Origin: Steroidobacteraceae bacterium
Lineage (GTDB): Bacteria > Pseudomonadota > Gammaproteobacteria > Steroidobacterales > Steroidobacteraceae
Direction of reading: 5' to 3'
Assembly (NCBI GenBank): GCA_050739115.1
Contig: JBOIAQ010000018.1
Location: forward strand, 680 to 64,679
Length of the DNA stretch: 64,000 bases
This document shows positions 7,057-18,120 of the stretch, piece by piece; the first letter of the stretch is position 1; the number at the start of each line of letters is the position of its first letter. Under the pieces are notes generated by a model. The model saw nothing but the letters and a program-made list of their open reading frames with translations. It had not been told where the DNA came from and searched no databases. A program made the position numbers and the translations under genes.

Positions 7057-9564
7057 TTATTCTTCGGGTCCGCGGCTGCTGCCCGAAGCGGCTTTGTCGG
7101 GCGGCGCTGACGACCACACCACGTAAGGCTTGCTTTCCCGGGGCGTGTTGCTTTCCGTCGGCGGCGAAGGCTCGAAGTGCGCCAGCGGCGCCGCCGGCTC
7201 CTCGCGACGCGCGGGCTCCTCTTGGGGCTCGCGCGGCTCTCGCCATTCGGGTGCAGCGGATGTCTCGCGCCCGGTTGACGGCTGCTGATGCTGCTCGTGC
7301 GTGTCGTTGGAGTGCGCATCGGTGGCGGAGTCGATCCCGCCACCCTCATGGCTCACCGCTGGTGCGGCCGTCAGGTTGGCTGACTCGCGCAGTCCACCTT
7401 CCCGGCCCGAGCCGCCGCCACCGTGTCGGCCGCCGCGTCGGCCTCTGCGCCGCCCGCGCCGCTCACCGCGCTCGCCGCGCTCGCTGGAGGCGACAGGCGC
7501 ACCGGCCTCGACGCCGGTGCGCGGCTCGGCGGTCGATGTGCCCGCGGCAGCTGTCGGCTCGGCAAGTCGCGGGCCTGCGTCCCGTTCCCGCGGCCGCCTC
7601 TCGTGGTCGCGCGGGTCGCCGTCCCGATCGCGACCATTGCGACCGCGTCCCTCGGCACGGCGGCCATCACCGTGGCCGAGACGCTGACCGCCTTCGGTGC
7701 GGCGAGGCTGACGCGAATACTCTCGCCGCCCGTCGCGGCGTCTTTCGCCACCGTTCGCCGAACGATGCGTCGGACCTGCGGCCGGAGCTGCGACAGGCTG
7801 CGTCGGCTCGGAAATCGCCGGCGGCTCGGCGGACTCGACAGCGAAAAGCTTCTTGAACCAGGCCCGCAGGCCGCCGCGGCTAGGGAGCTCGGCGGCGGCG
7901 CTTTGCGCGGCGGGCGCGGCCGCAGTCTCCTGCACCGGATGCAAGGTGATGGGGGCCGGCGTGCTCGGTAGCAGCGCGGCGACGGCGGGGACCTCCGCCG
8001 GCGGCCGCTTGTCGCGGGCGCTGCCGGGCTCGGCAGGCTCGGGAGCCGTCGGCATGAGATAACTCGTCTGTCGATTCTCCGGCAGATCGACCTCATCGTC
8101 CCTGACACGCCTGATGGAGTATTCCGGAGTCTGGATGTTGGGGTTCGGAACGATGACGAGCCCGGTGGAGCTGCGATCCTCGAGGGTACGCAGCCACTCG
8201 CGCTTCTCATTGAAGAGATACGTCGCCACCTCCACCGGTAGCTGCGCGATCACGCGCACCGTGCGGTCCTTGCGCAGCTCCTCGCCGATGAGGCGCAGCA
8301 CCGCCAGCGTCATCGACTCGATACTGCGGATGCTGCCGATGCCGACGCAGCGCGGGCAAACGTTGTGGCTCGACTCCCCGAGCGAGGGCCGCAGCCGCTG
8401 GCGCGACATCTCGAGCAGGCCGAAACGCGAGAGCTTGCCGATCTGAATCCGCGCGCGGTCCATCCTCACCGCATCGCGCAGCCGGTCTTCGACGTCGCGC
8501 TGGTTCTTGCTCGACTCCATGTCGATGAAGTCGATGACGATGAGACCACCGATGTCGCGGATGCGCAGCTGCCGCGCAATTTCATCCGCCGCTTCGAGAT
8601 TGGTATTGAGCGCGGTGGTCTCGATGTCGCTGCCCTTGGTCGCGCGGGCGGAGTTGATGTCGATCGACACCAGCGCTTCGGTGTAGTCGATGACGATGCT
8701 GCCCCCAGAGGGAAGCTGCACCTTGTGCGCGTATGCGGACTCGATCTGGCTCTCGATCTGATAGCGCGTGAAGAGCGGAATGTCGTCCGTGTAGAGCTTG
8801 AGGCGCCGCTGTGCCTCGGCGGGCATGAAGCGCTGCATGTATTCCTGCGCCTTCTGGAAGGCCGCCTGATCATCGACCTGCACCTCGCCGATATCATCGG
8901 ACAGGTAATCCCGCATGGCGCGCGTGACGGCATCGCTTTCCCGGTAGACGAGGAAGGGCGCGGATCGGTCCTTGGCGGCGGCGGAGATCTGTTCCCACTG
9001 GGAGTTGAGGTTGTCGAGGTCCCACTGCAACTCCTCGACGCTGCGGCCGACACCGGCCGTGCGCACGATCGCCCCCATGCCGTCGGGAATCCTCAGCTGA
9101 TTCATCACCTCGCGCATCTGGTCGCGATCCTCGCCCTCGATCCGGCGCGACACGCCTCCGGCGCGCGGATTATTCGGCATGAGCACGAGAAAGCGTCCGG
9201 CGAGGCTGACGAAGCTCGTGAGCGCCGCGCCTTTGTTGCCGCGTTCCTCCTTCTCGACCTGAACGATGAGCTCCTGGCCCTCGGCCAGCAGCTCGCGGAT
9301 GTTCATCCGACCGGCCTGGGGGGGCTGGCGGAAATATTCGCGGGAGACTTCCTTCAGCGGCAGAAAGCCATGGCGCGGAGCGCCGTAGTCGACGAAGCAC
9401 GCCTCGAGCGAGGGCTCGATGCGCGAAATGCGGGCTTTGTAGACGTTGGCTTTCTTCTGTTCGCGAGATGGGATTTCGATACTGAGGTCGAAGAGCTTCT
9501 GTCCGTCAACCAGTGCGACCCGCAACTCTTCTTGCTGAGTCGCATTCACGAGCATTCTTTTCAT
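7057..9564 (-). CDS. rne: Ribonuclease E
   Basis: [30 protein letters not shown]...[23 protein letters not shown] (S1 and catalytic domain) followed by a long Arg/Pro/Glu-rich scaffold region. Confidence 0.95.
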   Translation of the reverse strand: MKRMLVNATQQEELRVALVDGQKLFDLSIEIPSREQKKANVYKARISRIEPSLEACFVDYGAPRHGFLPLKEVSREYFRQPPQAGRMNIRELLAEGQELIVQVEKEERGNKGAALTSFVSLAGRFLVLMPNNPRAGGVSRRIEGEDRDQMREVMNQLRIPDGMGAIVRTAGVGRSVEELQWDLDNLNSQWEQISAAAKDRSAPFLVYRESDAVTRAMRDYLSDDIGEVQVDDQAAFQKAQEYMQRFMPAEAQRRLKLYTDDIPLFTRYQIESQIESAYAHKVQLPSGGSIVIDYTEALVSIDINSARATKGSDIETTALNTNLEAADEIARQLRIRDIGGLIVIDFIDMESSKNQRDVEDRLRDAVRMDRARIQIGKLSRFGLLEMSRQRLRPSLGESSHNVCPRCVGIGSIRSIESMTLAVLRLIGEELRKDRTVRVIAQLPVEVATYLFNEKREWLRTLEDRSSTGLVIVPNPNIQTPEYSIRRVRDDEVDLPENRQTSYLMPTAPEPAEPGSARDKRPPAEVPAVAALLPSTPAPITLHPVQETAAAPAAQSAAAELPSRGGLRAWFKKLFAVESAEPPAISEPTQPVAAPAAGPTHRSANGGERRRDGRREYSRQPRRTEGGQRLGHGDGRRAEGRGRNGRDRDGDPRDHERRPRERDAGPRLAEPTAAAGTSTAEPRTGVEAGAPVASSERGERGERRGRRRGRRGGRHGGGGSGREGGLRESANLTAAPAVSHEGGGIDSATDAHSNDTHEQHQQPSTGRETSAAPEWREPREPQEEPARREEPAAPLAHFEPSPPTESNTPRESKPYVVWSSAPPDKAASGSSRGPEE

Positions 9565-9855
9565 GTGCCCCTACTATCAGATGAGGGGCCGGCAAGGAGG
9601 CGGGAGGCCGCAACGCCAGAGCGTCGCGGCGGCGAAGATTCCTCACACCCGGCGCACGCTGGCGCTGCGCACGAGTCTCGATACGGTCGTCGATGCCCGC
9701 CTTTCTTGGGGCGGGGTGCCGGAAAAGCTTCGGTGCTCTCAACCGATGCCGCGGCCCGCGGACCCCTGAGCAACGGGGTTCAACGCCGGCTGCGCGATCT
9801 TGTCGGCCCAATACGATGGCCTCTTATGTCGAGGTCCAACTAACATGCGGCGCTG
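9565..9855. promoter_or_regulatory. rne leader / divergent rne-rluC promoter region
   Basis: 291-nt non-coding gap in the position of the long autoregulatory rne 5' UTR known from E. coli. No specific structure was verified here. Confidence 0.35.
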
Positions 9856-11004
9856 GTGCGCCGCCAACCATTGCCGCGGCCCAACGGGGACGCGGCCACC
9901 GAGTATACTGCAAAGATCACTGTAGAAACAGCGTCTTACGCCGAGGTGTACGTGCCAGAGGATGATTCCCCGGATTCCAGGGGCGAAACCGCTCCGCTCA
10001 GCCGCGGCTCGGGGTCCGAGAGCCGGGGGCGGGGCCATGGCGTCCGGCACTTCGAGGTCGAGGCGCCCGAAGCCGGCCAGCGCCTGGACAAATATCTCAC
10101 GCGGCGCCTCGGCGATGTGCCGCGGACGCGGATATTCCGCATCATTCGCCGCGGCGAGGTGCGGGTGAACGGCCGTCGGGTCGGGCCGGAAACGCGCCTG
10201 AACGCCAACGATCGGGTGCGGGTGCCTCCCGTCTGGGAACAGCCCGAGCAAGGCGCGGCGCGGGCGCAGCGGGGTCCTCCCGTGGCGATGGCGCAGGCCC
10301 TCGAGCGGGCCATCCTCAAGGAAACGGACCGACTGCTGGTTATCGACAAACCGGCCGGAATCGCAGTCCACGGCGGCAGCGGCATCAGCTTCGGGGTGAT
10401 CGAGGCGCTGCGGGCGCTCAAGCCCGGAGAGCCGCTCGAGCTGGTGCACCGCCTGGACCGGGATACGAGCGGGTGTCTTCTCGTGGCGCGCGATGCCGCG
10501 ACACTCCGGACCGTGCACGCGCTGCTGCGGGAGGGGCAGTGTGAGAAGCGTTATCTGGTCCTGCTCGCCGGCAGATGGACCCTGGGCCACAAACGCATCG
10601 ACGTTCCGCTGCGCACCGATGCCCGCGTGGGTGGTGAGCGTACCGTGCGTGCGGACGCCTCCGGAAAGCCCTCCGTCAGCGAATTCCGACCCATTCAGTT
10701 CTTCGGCACGCGTGCTTCCGAGGGGCTGTCGGCGACTTTGATGGAGGTGGCTCTGCACACCGGCCGCACGCATCAGATCCGCGTGCACGCCAGTTATACG
10801 GGACATCCCGTGGTGGGTGACGAGAAGTATGGCGATGCCCAATTCAACACTCGAATGCGCGCCCTCGGGCTCACCAGGATGTTCCTGCACGCCCACAGCA
10901 TGAGCTTCGAGTGGCCCAACGAGGGCGGTCCCTTCAGCGCGAGCGCGCCGCTGCCCCTGGAGCTCTCTGCAGTGCTCGACCGCCTGCCGTCGAAAAACAA
11001 GTGA
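9856..11004 (+). CDS. rluC: 23S rRNA pseudouridine synthase RluC (RluA family)
   Basis: S4 domain (GQRLDKYLTRRLGDVPRTRIFRIIRRGEVRVNGRRV) and catalytic HRLDRDTSGCLLVA motif. Divergent from rne as in E. coli. The start is uncertain; in-frame GTGs occur near 9946-9952. Confidence 0.88.
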   Translation: MRRQPLPRPNGDAATEYTAKITVETASYAEVYVPEDDSPDSRGETAPLSRGSGSESRGRGHGVRHFEVEAPEAGQRLDKYLTRRLGDVPRTRIFRIIRRGEVRVNGRRVGPETRLNANDRVRVPPVWEQPEQGAARAQRGPPVAMAQALERAILKETDRLLVIDKPAGIAVHGGSGISFGVIEALRALKPGEPLELVHRLDRDTSGCLLVARDAATLRTVHALLREGQCEKRYLVLLAGRWTLGHKRIDVPLRTDARVGGERTVRADASGKPSVSEFRPIQFFGTRASEGLSATLMEVALHTGRTHQIRVHASYTGHPVVGDEKYGDAQFNTRMRALGLTRMFLHAHSMSFEWPNEGGPFSASAPLPLELSAVLDRLPSKNK

Positions 11005-11034
11005 ATGAGCGGGCCAAAGCCGCCGTTGCTCGGG

Positions 11035-11616
11035 CTATGGAATAGCGAAGCCTGCGCGCCTCAACGCCGCGGCGAGCCAGATCAACGGGAGACCGATAAG
11101 CGCCGTTGGATCACGGCTCTCGATGCTCTCGAAGAGCGAGATGCCGAGACCCTCGACCCGGAATCCGCCCGCGCAGTCGAGCGGCTGCTCGCGCTCGACA
11201 TAGCGCTCGATCTCCTGGCCGGTCAGGCTGCGAAAGAACACGGTCGTGGTATCGATGTGCAGCAGCCGTATGCCGGCTCGCGGCGCGATCACCGCGCACC
11301 CGGTATGAAAGCGCGCGCTCGAGCCGCTCGCGGCAGTCAGTTGGGAGCGGCATCGTGCGGCATTCCCCGGCTTGTCGAGGATCCTGTTGCCGCTGGCTGC
11401 CACCTGGTCACTGCCGATCACGACGGCATCCGGCCGGTGCGTCGCGATGGCCTGGGCCTTGGCGACCGAGAGCCGCAGTGCCCGGTCCGGGGGTAGCTCT
11501 CCAGCAAGCGTGTCTTCCGTTGTCTCAGGGGCCAGCGCGGTGAAGGGAATACCGAGGCGCTCGAGCAGCGCGTGCCGGTAGCGGGAGGTCGAGGCGAGAA
11601 TGAGCTGGGGCATCAA
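11035..11616 (-). CDS. maf: Maf-like nucleoside-triphosphate pyrophosphatase (YceF type)
   Basis: MPQLILASTSRYRHALLERLGIPF...VIGSDQV...AGGFRVEGLG...IGLPL. Confidence 0.9.
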   Translation of the reverse strand: MMPQLILASTSRYRHALLERLGIPFTALAPETTEDTLAGELPPDRALRLSVAKAQAIATHRPDAVVIGSDQVAASGNRILDKPGNAARCRSQLTAASGSSARFHTGCAVIAPRAGIRLLHIDTTTVFFRSLTGQEIERYVEREQPLDCAGGFRVEGLGISLFESIESRDPTALIGLPLIWLAAALRRAGFAIP

Positions 11617-11678
11617 CGACTTAACGCGCGCAACCGATCTTTGACTTGCCGGCGGACGATACCTATTATACGCCGCCC

Positions 11679-12197
11679 ATGTCGCCGCCCTGGTCTCAGC
11701 CGCTCGACGTCGATCGGCTCTCCCACGGCGGAGCCGAGATCGGCCTTGATATTCCGTTGGCCGAGCTGCCGCGGCTGAAATCGCGGATCGCAGGTATTGG
11801 CGGAAGCGTGCGCGGTACTGCGCGCTTCGGGCGGGAGTCGGGCTTTGCCGTGGCGGAGTTGTCGCTTGCGGGCGTGGCCGCGCTGCAATGCCAGCGATGC
11901 ATGCAGTCGATGGAGCTTCCCATCGACAGCACGACGTGTGTGGCGCTGATCGCTGCGGAGGCGCAGGCCGCCGAGGTCCCCGATGAGCTCGAGCCGGTGC
12001 TCGCGCGCGAGGGCCGTATCAGCGCCGGTGAGTTGGTCGAGGAGGAACTGCTGCTCGCGCTGCCGATCGTGCCGCTGCACGAGGAGCCGCGCGGCTGCGC
12101 CGTGCCGGCTTTCGCGCCGCTCGTCGTCGGTGCGGAGCCCGAGCAGGTGAGCCAGCGGCCCTTTGCAGGGCTCGCCGAGCTGTTGAGGCACAAGTAG
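11679..12197 (+). CDS. yceD: YceD/DUF177 large-subunit ribosome accumulation protein
   Basis: C..C motif (LQCQRCMQSM) and C-terminal EEELLLALPIVPLHEE. Sits upstream of rpmF as in E. coli. An alternative TTG start lies at 11646. Confidence 0.85.
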   Translation: MSPPWSQPLDVDRLSHGGAEIGLDIPLAELPRLKSRIAGIGGSVRGTARFGRESGFAVAELSLAGVAALQCQRCMQSMELPIDSTTCVALIAAEAQAAEVPDELEPVLAREGRISAGELVEEELLLALPIVPLHEEPRGCAVPAFAPLVVGAEPEQVSQRPFAGLAELLRHK

Positions 12198-12246
12198 TTA
12201 TAAGTTTGTTTCAAGTTAGCGCGCGCTTCGAGCGCACGAGGACATT

Positions 12247-12441
12247 ATGCCCGTTCAGAAAAGTCGCAAAACGCCCTCGCGGCGTGGCATGCATCGCTCT
12301 CACGACGGACTCGCCGCGCCGGCGCTGTCCACCGATCCGCAGTCCGGAGAGACGCACCTGCGGCATCGCATCACCCCGGATGGCTTCTACCGCGGCCGAC
12401 GCGTGATCGAGAAGGCCGCCGACGCGGACGAACAGGAATAA
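12247..12441 (+). CDS. rpmF: 50S ribosomal protein L32
   Basis: [22 protein letters not shown]...[25 protein letters not shown] Shine-Dalgarno sequence upstream. Confidence 0.95.
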   Translation: MPVQKSRKTPSRRGMHRSHDGLAAPALSTDPQSGETHLRHRITPDGFYRGRRVIEKAADADEQE

Positions 12442-12478
12442 GGCGCGCCCCGCCGACAAGCGTCGCGCCGCGCCAACC

Positions 12479-13507
12479 GTGCTGCCCATCGCCATCGACG
12501 TGATGAGCGGCGATCATCCGCCGCAAGAGTACATCGCTGGCGCGCTCATCGCCCTACGCGAGGACCAGGATCTGCGCGTACTTCTGGTCGGCGATGGCGC
12601 TCTCATCGAAGCGCGGCTCTCGACGCAGTCGCACGCATTGCGCGAGCGCATCGAGGTAGTACCGGCGAGCCAGGTCGTCGCGATGAGCGACAGCCCGCGG
12701 GAGGCCATCCGACGCAAGAAGGATTCCTCCATGCGGGTTGCGATCGACCTCGTCAAGGAAGGACGCGCGGCGGCCTGCGTGAGCGCCGGCAATACCGGCG
12801 CGCTGAATGCCATCGCGCATTTCGTACTGAAGACGCTCCTCGGGGTCGAGCGGGCCGCCATCATCTCGGCCATTCCCGCTGCGCACGGCCACACCCACAT
12901 GCTCGATCTCGGCGCCAACACCAAGGCGACACCGGAGCAGCTGCGGCAGTTCGCCGCCATGGGCGCCATCATCTCGCGCGTTGTGTTCGGGCTCGCTTCC
13001 CCGCGAATCGGTCTTCTCAATATCGGCGAGGAGGACATCAAGGGACATGAGGTGGTGCAGGCCGCGCACGCCCTGCTCGCCACGAGCCACTTGAACTACG
13101 TGGGATTCGTCGAGGGTGACGACATCTTCTCCGGCGACGTCGATGTGGTGGTCACCGACGGATTCACCGGCAACGTCGCCCTGAAGACCATGGAAGGCGC
13201 CGCGGCCCTGATCGCCGATCGCATGCGCCGGGAATTTCGCGCCTCCTGGCTCGATCGGCTGGCAGGGCTCGCGGCCCGTCCGGTGCTGAGAAGGGTGGCC
13301 AGAAGCCTCGATCCACGCAAATATAACGGCGCCTGCATGGTCGGCCTGACCGGCATCGTGGTAAAAAGCCACGGCAGAGCCGACGGTGTAGCCTTCGCCA
13401 GAGCGATCATCACCGCTGCGCTCGCCGCGCGTCGCGGATTGACCGCGCATATTGCACAGGCGCTCGCGGCACAGGGAGCCGATTCATCACAGGGTTCGAC
13501 AACTTGA
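12479..13507 (+). CDS. plsX: Phosphate acyltransferase PlsX
   Basis: [12 protein letters not shown]...SAGNTGAL...[17 protein letters not shown] start. Confidence 0.95.
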   Translation: MLPIAIDVMSGDHPPQEYIAGALIALREDQDLRVLLVGDGALIEARLSTQSHALRERIEVVPASQVVAMSDSPREAIRRKKDSSMRVAIDLVKEGRAAACVSAGNTGALNAIAHFVLKTLLGVERAAIISAIPAAHGHTHMLDLGANTKATPEQLRQFAAMGAIISRVVFGLASPRIGLLNIGEEDIKGHEVVQAAHALLATSHLNYVGFVEGDDIFSGDVDVVVTDGFTGNVALKTMEGAAALIADRMRREFRASWLDRLAGLAARPVLRRVARSLDPRKYNGACMVGLTGIVVKSHGRADGVAFARAIITAALAARRGLTAHIAQALAAQGADSSQGSTT

Positions 13508-14469
13508 ATTATTCGCGTATCGCGGGAACAGGGTCATATCTTCCGGAAAAGGTTCTCACGAACTTCGATCTCGAGAAGATGATGGACACCAGCGACGAAT
13601 GGATTCGCGAGCGCACCGGGATCGAACGGCGGCACATCGCCGCGGCCGGCGAGACGACGGTGGATCTCGCCGAGCGCGCTGCGCGCGCCGCTCTGGAGGC
13701 CGCTGGCGTGAAGCCGACCGATGTCGATTTCATCGCCTTCGGCACGACGACACCCGACATGGTGTTTCCCAACTGCGGCGCGCTGCTGCAGGCGCGGCTC
13801 GGCTGCCGGGGAGCGCCTGCCTTCAGCGTGGAAACCGCCTGCAGCGGGTTCATGTATGCGCTCTCGATCGCCGACAAGTTCGTGCGCTTTGGCGATGCCC
13901 GCCGGGCGCTCGTGATCGGGGCCGAGACGCTCTCGCGCATCACCGACTGGAGCGATCGCTCCACCGCGGTTTTGTTCGCCGACGGAGCGGGCGCCGTTGT
14001 GCTCGAGAGGGCGGATGAGCCCGGGATTCTTTCGACTCACCTGCACGCCGATGGCTCGTACAAGGACCTTCTCTACTGCCGCGGAGGGGTCGCCGCCAGC
14101 GGCGATCCGGCGAAGGCCCGCGGAGCGATTACCATGACCGGGAGCGAGGTTTTCAAGATCGCGGTGACCATGCTCGGTCGCGCGATCGATGAGGCGCTCG
14201 CGGCCAATGCCCTCGACCGCTCGGCCATCGATTGGCTGGTGCCGCATCAGGCCAATATGCGCATCATTCAGTCCACGGCGCGCAAGCTCGAGCTGTCCAT
14301 GGACCGCGTCATCACGACCGTGCAGGACCACGGCAACACGTCCGCCGCCTCCGTCCCGCTCGCCCTCGATGTCGGAGTGCGCGACGGGCGGATCAAACGC
14401 GGTGATCTGATTCTGCTCGAGGCTTTTGGCGGCGGCGTGACCTGGGGCTCCGCGTTGATCCGCTATTAA
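13504..14469 (+). CDS. fabH: 3-oxoacyl-ACP synthase III
   Basis: [38 protein letters not shown]...ACSGF...HQANMRI...[12 protein letters not shown] start overlapping the plsX stop. Confidence 0.95.
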   Translation: MNYSRIAGTGSYLPEKVLTNFDLEKMMDTSDEWIRERTGIERRHIAAAGETTVDLAERAARAALEAAGVKPTDVDFIAFGTTTPDMVFPNCGALLQARLGCRGAPAFSVETACSGFMYALSIADKFVRFGDARRALVIGAETLSRITDWSDRSTAVLFADGAGAVVLERADEPGILSTHLHADGSYKDLLYCRGGVAASGDPAKARGAITMTGSEVFKIAVTMLGRAIDEALAANALDRSAIDWLVPHQANMRIIQSTARKLELSMDRVITTVQDHGNTSAASVPLALDVGVRDGRIKRGDLILLEAFGGGVTWGSALIRY

Positions 14470-14478
14470 TTAAAGAGA

Positions 14479-14502
14479 AACGCCGCGCGGATGCGCGGCG
14501 TT
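14479..14502. terminator. Bidirectional rho-independent terminator between fabH and the lipoprotein gene
   Basis: AACGCCGCGC-GGAT-GCGCGGCGTT, a perfect 10-bp stem flanked by A/T-rich runs on both strands (TTAATTAAAGAGA / CTTTAAAGAA). Confidence 0.8.
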
Positions 14503-14525
14503 CTTTAAAGAACGGAAACCGCCCT

Positions 14526-14843
14526 TTACTTCGAGATCGACCGCTTGAACATGCGGTTGATCTTCTCGTTGGTTGCATCGACCGCCGACTGAGCGGCCTG
14601 AGCGGCAGCCAACGCCTGGTTCGCAGTGCTCTGCGCACCACTGGCCGCCTGGCTGGCCGATTGGGCAGCGCTCGCCGCCTGGTCCGCCGAGCTCTTCGCG
14701 GCCGCCACCTGCGATTGCAGCTGGGCAACCTGCGACTTCAGATCCGCGATATCGGACTGCATCGGCTTGAGGTCCTGGCAACCTACAAGGCCGATCACGA
14801 CTGCCGCGGCAGCAGCCACCTTCACAACACTCGCGCACTTCAT
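14526..14843 (-). CDS. OprI/Lpp-like major outer-membrane lipoprotein
   Basis: MKCASVVKVAAAAAVVIGLVGC lipobox, Ala/Gln/Ser-rich coiled coil, C-terminal ...RSISK (terminal Lys as in Lpp/OprI). Only the last 105 codons of the 728-aa track ORF are used. Confidence 0.8.
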   Translation of the reverse strand: MKCASVVKVAAAAAVVIGLVGCQDLKPMQSDIADLKSQVAQLQSQVAAAKSSADQAASAAQSASQAASGAQSTANQALAAAQAAQSAVDATNEKINRMFKRSISK

Positions 14844-15198
14844 ACAAGTCCCCTTCTGGGTTGTTGATTCGGGAGGTCCTGAGACACGCAACGCAAAGGC
14901 GGCGGCCACGCCCGCGACCGGTCTGGGCTCCATCGCCTTCGCAGCACGCAACTGCACCAAATTTGAGGCGGAAATGCAACTTAAAACGCGCTTTCCTGTC
15001 TTTGACTCGCGACAGTTTGTACGCGAAGACGAAAGACGGTAGAGCTGCGATTCGGCTGAGGAGCCTGCGTCAGGGAGGTCCACTCGTATCGCCGGACGGG
15101 TGGATGGGGTGGCTGTCAGGTCGGCTTGTCCGTGCCGTTGCGTGTTCACCACCACGGACTCGAAAGCCGTGGCGAGCCCTCTTGCCATCAGCCCGAAT

Positions 15199-15232
15199 CT
15201 GTATATAATCGCAGTAGTGTATAAATGAACAG
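15199..15232. promoter_or_regulatory. Two SOS (LexA) boxes upstream of lexA
   Basis: CTGTATATAATCGCAG (15199-15214) and GTGTATAAATGAACAG (15217-15232). Each differs at one position from CTGT-N8-ACAG. Confidence 0.7.
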
Positions 15233-15242
15233 GCAGCGCAAG

Positions 15243-15866
15243 ATGTCCGACCTTACCCCGCGCCAAACGCAAATTCTGCGCCTCGTCCAGCGCTTTATTG
15301 CCGATACCGGGATGCCTCCCACCCGGGCGGAGATCGCCCGCGAGCTCGGTTTCAGGTCTCCCAATGCCGCCGAGGATCATTTGCGGGCGCTCGCCCGCAA
15401 GGGTGTCATCGCGCTCGTGCCGGGCGCTTCGCGCGGCATCCAGCTGAAAGACACCATCCGCGAGCAGATAGGCCTGCCGCTCATCGGGCGCGTCGCCGCC
15501 GGCAAGCCGATCTTCTCGGAAGAGAATTTCGAAACCCGCCTGCAGATCGACCCGGGGTTGTTTCAGCCGCGGCCGCATTACCTTCTCAAGGTCACCGGCA
15601 TGAGCATGAAAGATGCCGGCATCCTCGATGGCGACCTGGTCGCCGTCCACCGTACGGCGGAGGTGCGCAGCCGCCAGATCGTGGTGGCTCGCCTGGAGAA
15701 CGAGGTCACCGTGAAGCGCTATCGCCAGGAAGGCTCGGTCGTCTGGCTGCTGCCGGAGAACAGCGACTTCGAGCCCATCCGGGTGGACCTGGAGGAGCAG
15801 CCGCTGCTCATCGAGGGCATCGTGGTCGGCGTGCTGCGCAGGGGCAAGACCCACGGTCTGATTTGA
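15243..15866 (+). CDS. lexA: LexA repressor
   Basis: [47 protein letters not shown], cleavage site VAAG, Ser (GMSM) and Lys (VKR) of the peptidase dyad. The start is moved to 15243 because the upstream ATG lies inside SOS box 2. Confidence 0.92.
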   Translation: MSDLTPRQTQILRLVQRFIADTGMPPTRAEIARELGFRSPNAAEDHLRALARKGVIALVPGASRGIQLKDTIREQIGLPLIGRVAAGKPIFSEENFETRLQIDPGLFQPRPHYLLKVTGMSMKDAGILDGDLVAVHRTAEVRSRQIVVARLENEVTVKRYRQEGSVVWLLPENSDFEPIRVDLEEQPLLIEGIVVGVLRRGKTHGLI

Positions 15867-15882
15867 TGTCCCACGTGCTGCC

Positions 15883-16575
15883 ATGTCCAGCGATCGAGAG
15901 CAAAGAGATACGCTTCGAACGTCGCCGCCGGCGACCTCGGCAGCCAAGTCAGTTCGGGAGCTTTCCCATCTTCTCGAGCATCCTGCCATCTGGCGAGGTC
16001 GCAGCGCCGCTCGCATGCAGACGCTACCCACCGGCTTTCCGGTGCTCGATGAAGGTCTGCCCGGGGGCGGCTGGCCGCAAGCCGGACTGATCGAGATTCT
16101 TCCGACCTGCTTCGGGGCCGGGGAGCTGTCGCTCCTATTGCCGGCTCTTGCGGCCGTGACGCGGCGGCCGGGGGCACGCTGGTGCGCGTGGGTTGCGCCG
16201 CCCCTGCAGCCTTTCGCCCCCGCGCTCGCGCAGTGCGGTCTGGCGTTGGAGCGCATGCTCGTGGTGCGGGCTGAAAGGAAAGACGCAGGGGGAAAATCCG
16301 CGCTCTGGGCTTTCGAGCAGACGCTTCGCTCCGGTACATGCGAGATCGTGCTGGCCTGGCTGCGAAGCGCACTGCCGCGGCAGATCCGCCGGTTGCATCT
16401 GGCGGCGCAGCGGGGTGCCACGCTCGGGGTGGTGTTCCGGCCGCCAGAGGCGGCACGGGATTCCTCGCCGGCGGCTTTACGGGTTGCCGTAGAGCCTGCT
16501 GCGCAGGGGGCGAAGGTCACGCTGCTGAAGAGCCGGGGCGGCGCGCGGGGCACGATCCAGCTCCCCTTATGTTGA
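15883..16575 (+). CDS. imuA: ImuA (SulA/RecA-like translesion synthesis protein)
   Basis: ...LPTGFPVLDEGLPGGGWPQAGLIEIL...GELSLLLPALA...WVAPP...L..WA.EQ.LRSG. Position between lexA and imuB. Confidence 0.8.
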   Translation: MSSDREQRDTLRTSPPATSAAKSVRELSHLLEHPAIWRGRSAARMQTLPTGFPVLDEGLPGGGWPQAGLIEILPTCFGAGELSLLLPALAAVTRRPGARWCAWVAPPLQPFAPALAQCGLALERMLVVRAERKDAGGKSALWAFEQTLRSGTCEIVLAWLRSALPRQIRRLHLAAQRGATLGVVFRPPEAARDSSPAALRVAVEPAAQGAKVTLLKSRGGARGTIQLPLC

Positions 16576-16581
16576 GGCGCC

Positions 16582-18120
16582 ATGCGCCACCGCAGAGCCC
16601 TCGAGCTTCCCTTACCGCAGAGCTCATCCACACCGGCGCCGCAGCAGGCGACTTCACTGCGATCCGGCGATTTACTCCGTCCGCTCATCGGATGCGTCGA
16701 TGCGCCGATCATGGCTCCTGCGGAGCTATGGCTCGCCTTACATCTGACGACACCGTCTTCTCAACCTACCCAACGGGACCTCGAGCGTCTGGGCGTCCGC
16801 GCTCAACGGCTCACTCCAAGGATCAGTCTCGATCCGCCTGACGGTCTGCTGCTCGAGGTGAAAGGAAGCCTGCATCTTTTCGGGGGTGTGGAGGGATTGA
16901 GTCGGGAAATGGCGGCCGAGTGCTCGCGTCTCGGGATGCCCTGCACGCTGGCGATCGCACCGACACCCCTGGCCGCGTTAGTGCTGGCGCGGGCCGTGGC
17001 GCGTTCCGGGCGAGCCGAGACCCGCACCGGCGAAGGCGCTCGACTCCTCATCCCGGACCCGGCGCAGCTTATCGGCAAGCTCTCGCCCCTGCCGCTTGCG
17101 CTGCTGCGTTGGCCGCAGGACACATTGGATCGTCTGGCGCATGTTGGCGTGCGCACCATCGGTGAGGCGTTGCGCCTGCCCCGCGCGGGCTTCGCACGGC
17201 GCTTCGGCACGGCTCTGCTTCTGATACTCGATCGGCTGACCGGGCGGACGAGCGATCTCAAGGATCGCTTCGAGATGCGCGCGCGTTTCCGTCGCTGTCG
17301 CGAGCTGACCTATGAGTTGGAAAGTCATGCGGCTCTCGGTGCGGTGCTCGAGCCATTGCTCGAGGAGCTCGGGGAATTCCTCGAGGCACGCCAGTGCGGG
17401 GTGCTGGCGCTCGAGTGCCGGCTGCATCATCGCACCGTTCCATCCACCCGCTGCGTGCTGCGGCTTGCCGCACCGCTTGCCGATCCGACGCAGCTTGCCG
17501 CGCTGTTGGGCGAGCGATTGAGCGCACTCGTCCTGCCGGAGCCGGTGCGCGCCTGTGAGCTGCGCTCGGGACCGCTGGTGGCGCGCATGCTGTCCTCCGG
17601 AGGACTCTGGCAGCCCGGCGAGCAGGGCGGTAGCGCTGCCGCGCAGGCTCCGGAGCTCATCGAGCGGCTGCGAGCGCGGCTTGGACCGGAGGCGGTGCAT
17701 GGGCTTCGAGCCATCGAAGATCATCGGCCGGAGGCGGCATGGGGGGTGCGGGAGCCTGTTATGACTCCCTTGGCGGCTCGGAGCGGATTGCAAAATGATC
17801 CTGGCCGGACGCGGATCGCCAGGACGGCGATCCGCCCCCTCAGTCCCTCTGTCGCAAGGGTAAGTGCTCCGGGAAGATCCCGCCGCCCTCTGTGGCTCTT
17901 GCCGAAACCGCGGCAACTCAACGAGCGTGACGGACTGCCGCGGCGTCGGGGGCCTTTACGGTTGCTCGGCACGGCGGAGCGGATCGAGACCGGCTGGTGG
18001 GATGGGGCGGAGGTCGCGCGCGACTACTACACCGTGGTGGATGGCCGGGGTGCTCGTCTGTGGGTGTTTCGCGAGCGCGAGCCGCCGCACCGGTGGTTCC
18101 TCCATGGAGTATTTGGTTGA
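16582..18120 (+). CDS. imuB: ImuB (Y-family DNA polymerase-like, non-catalytic)
   Basis: ...ELWLALHLT...LLLEVKGSLHLFGG...LAIAPTPLAA... matches the ImuB pattern. By homology the start may be the ATG at 16711. Confidence 0.85.
   Translation: MRHRRALELPLPQSSSTPAPQQATSLRSGDLLRPLIGCVDAPIMAPAELWLALHLTTPSSQPTQRDLERLGVRAQRLTPRISLDPPDGLLLEVKGSLHLFGGVEGLSREMAAECSRLGMPCTLAIAPTPLAALVLARAVARSGRAETRTGEGARLLIPDPAQLIGKLSPLPLALLRWPQDTLDRLAHVGVRTIGEALRLPRAGFARRFGTALLLILDRLTGRTSDLKDRFEMRARFRRCRELTYELESHAALGAVLEPLLEELGEFLEARQCGVLALECRLHHRTVPSTRCVLRLAAPLADPTQLAALLGERLSALVLPEPVRACELRSGPLVARMLSSGGLWQPGEQGGSAAAQAPELIERLRARLGPEAVHGLRAIEDHRPEAAWGVREPVMTPLAARSGLQNDPGRTRIARTAIRPLSPSVARVSAPGRSRRPLWLLPKPRQLNERDGLPRRRGPLRLLGTAERIETGWWDGAEVARDYYTVVDGRGARLWVFREREPPHRWFLHGVFG

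Noticed and set aside
7251-8210. Several 100-280-aa ORFs in both strands with Arg/Pro/Ser-rich translations
   Set aside because: They overlap the low-complexity C-terminal scaffold region of rne. Their composition is driven by the repetitive GC-rich sequence.
14844-16712. The upstream 623 codons of the 728-aa minus-strand ORF that ends in the lipoprotein
   Set aside because: This part is antisense to lexA, imuA and imuB. Only the last 105 codons have a Shine-Dalgarno sequence, a lipobox signal peptide and OprI/Lpp-like sequence.
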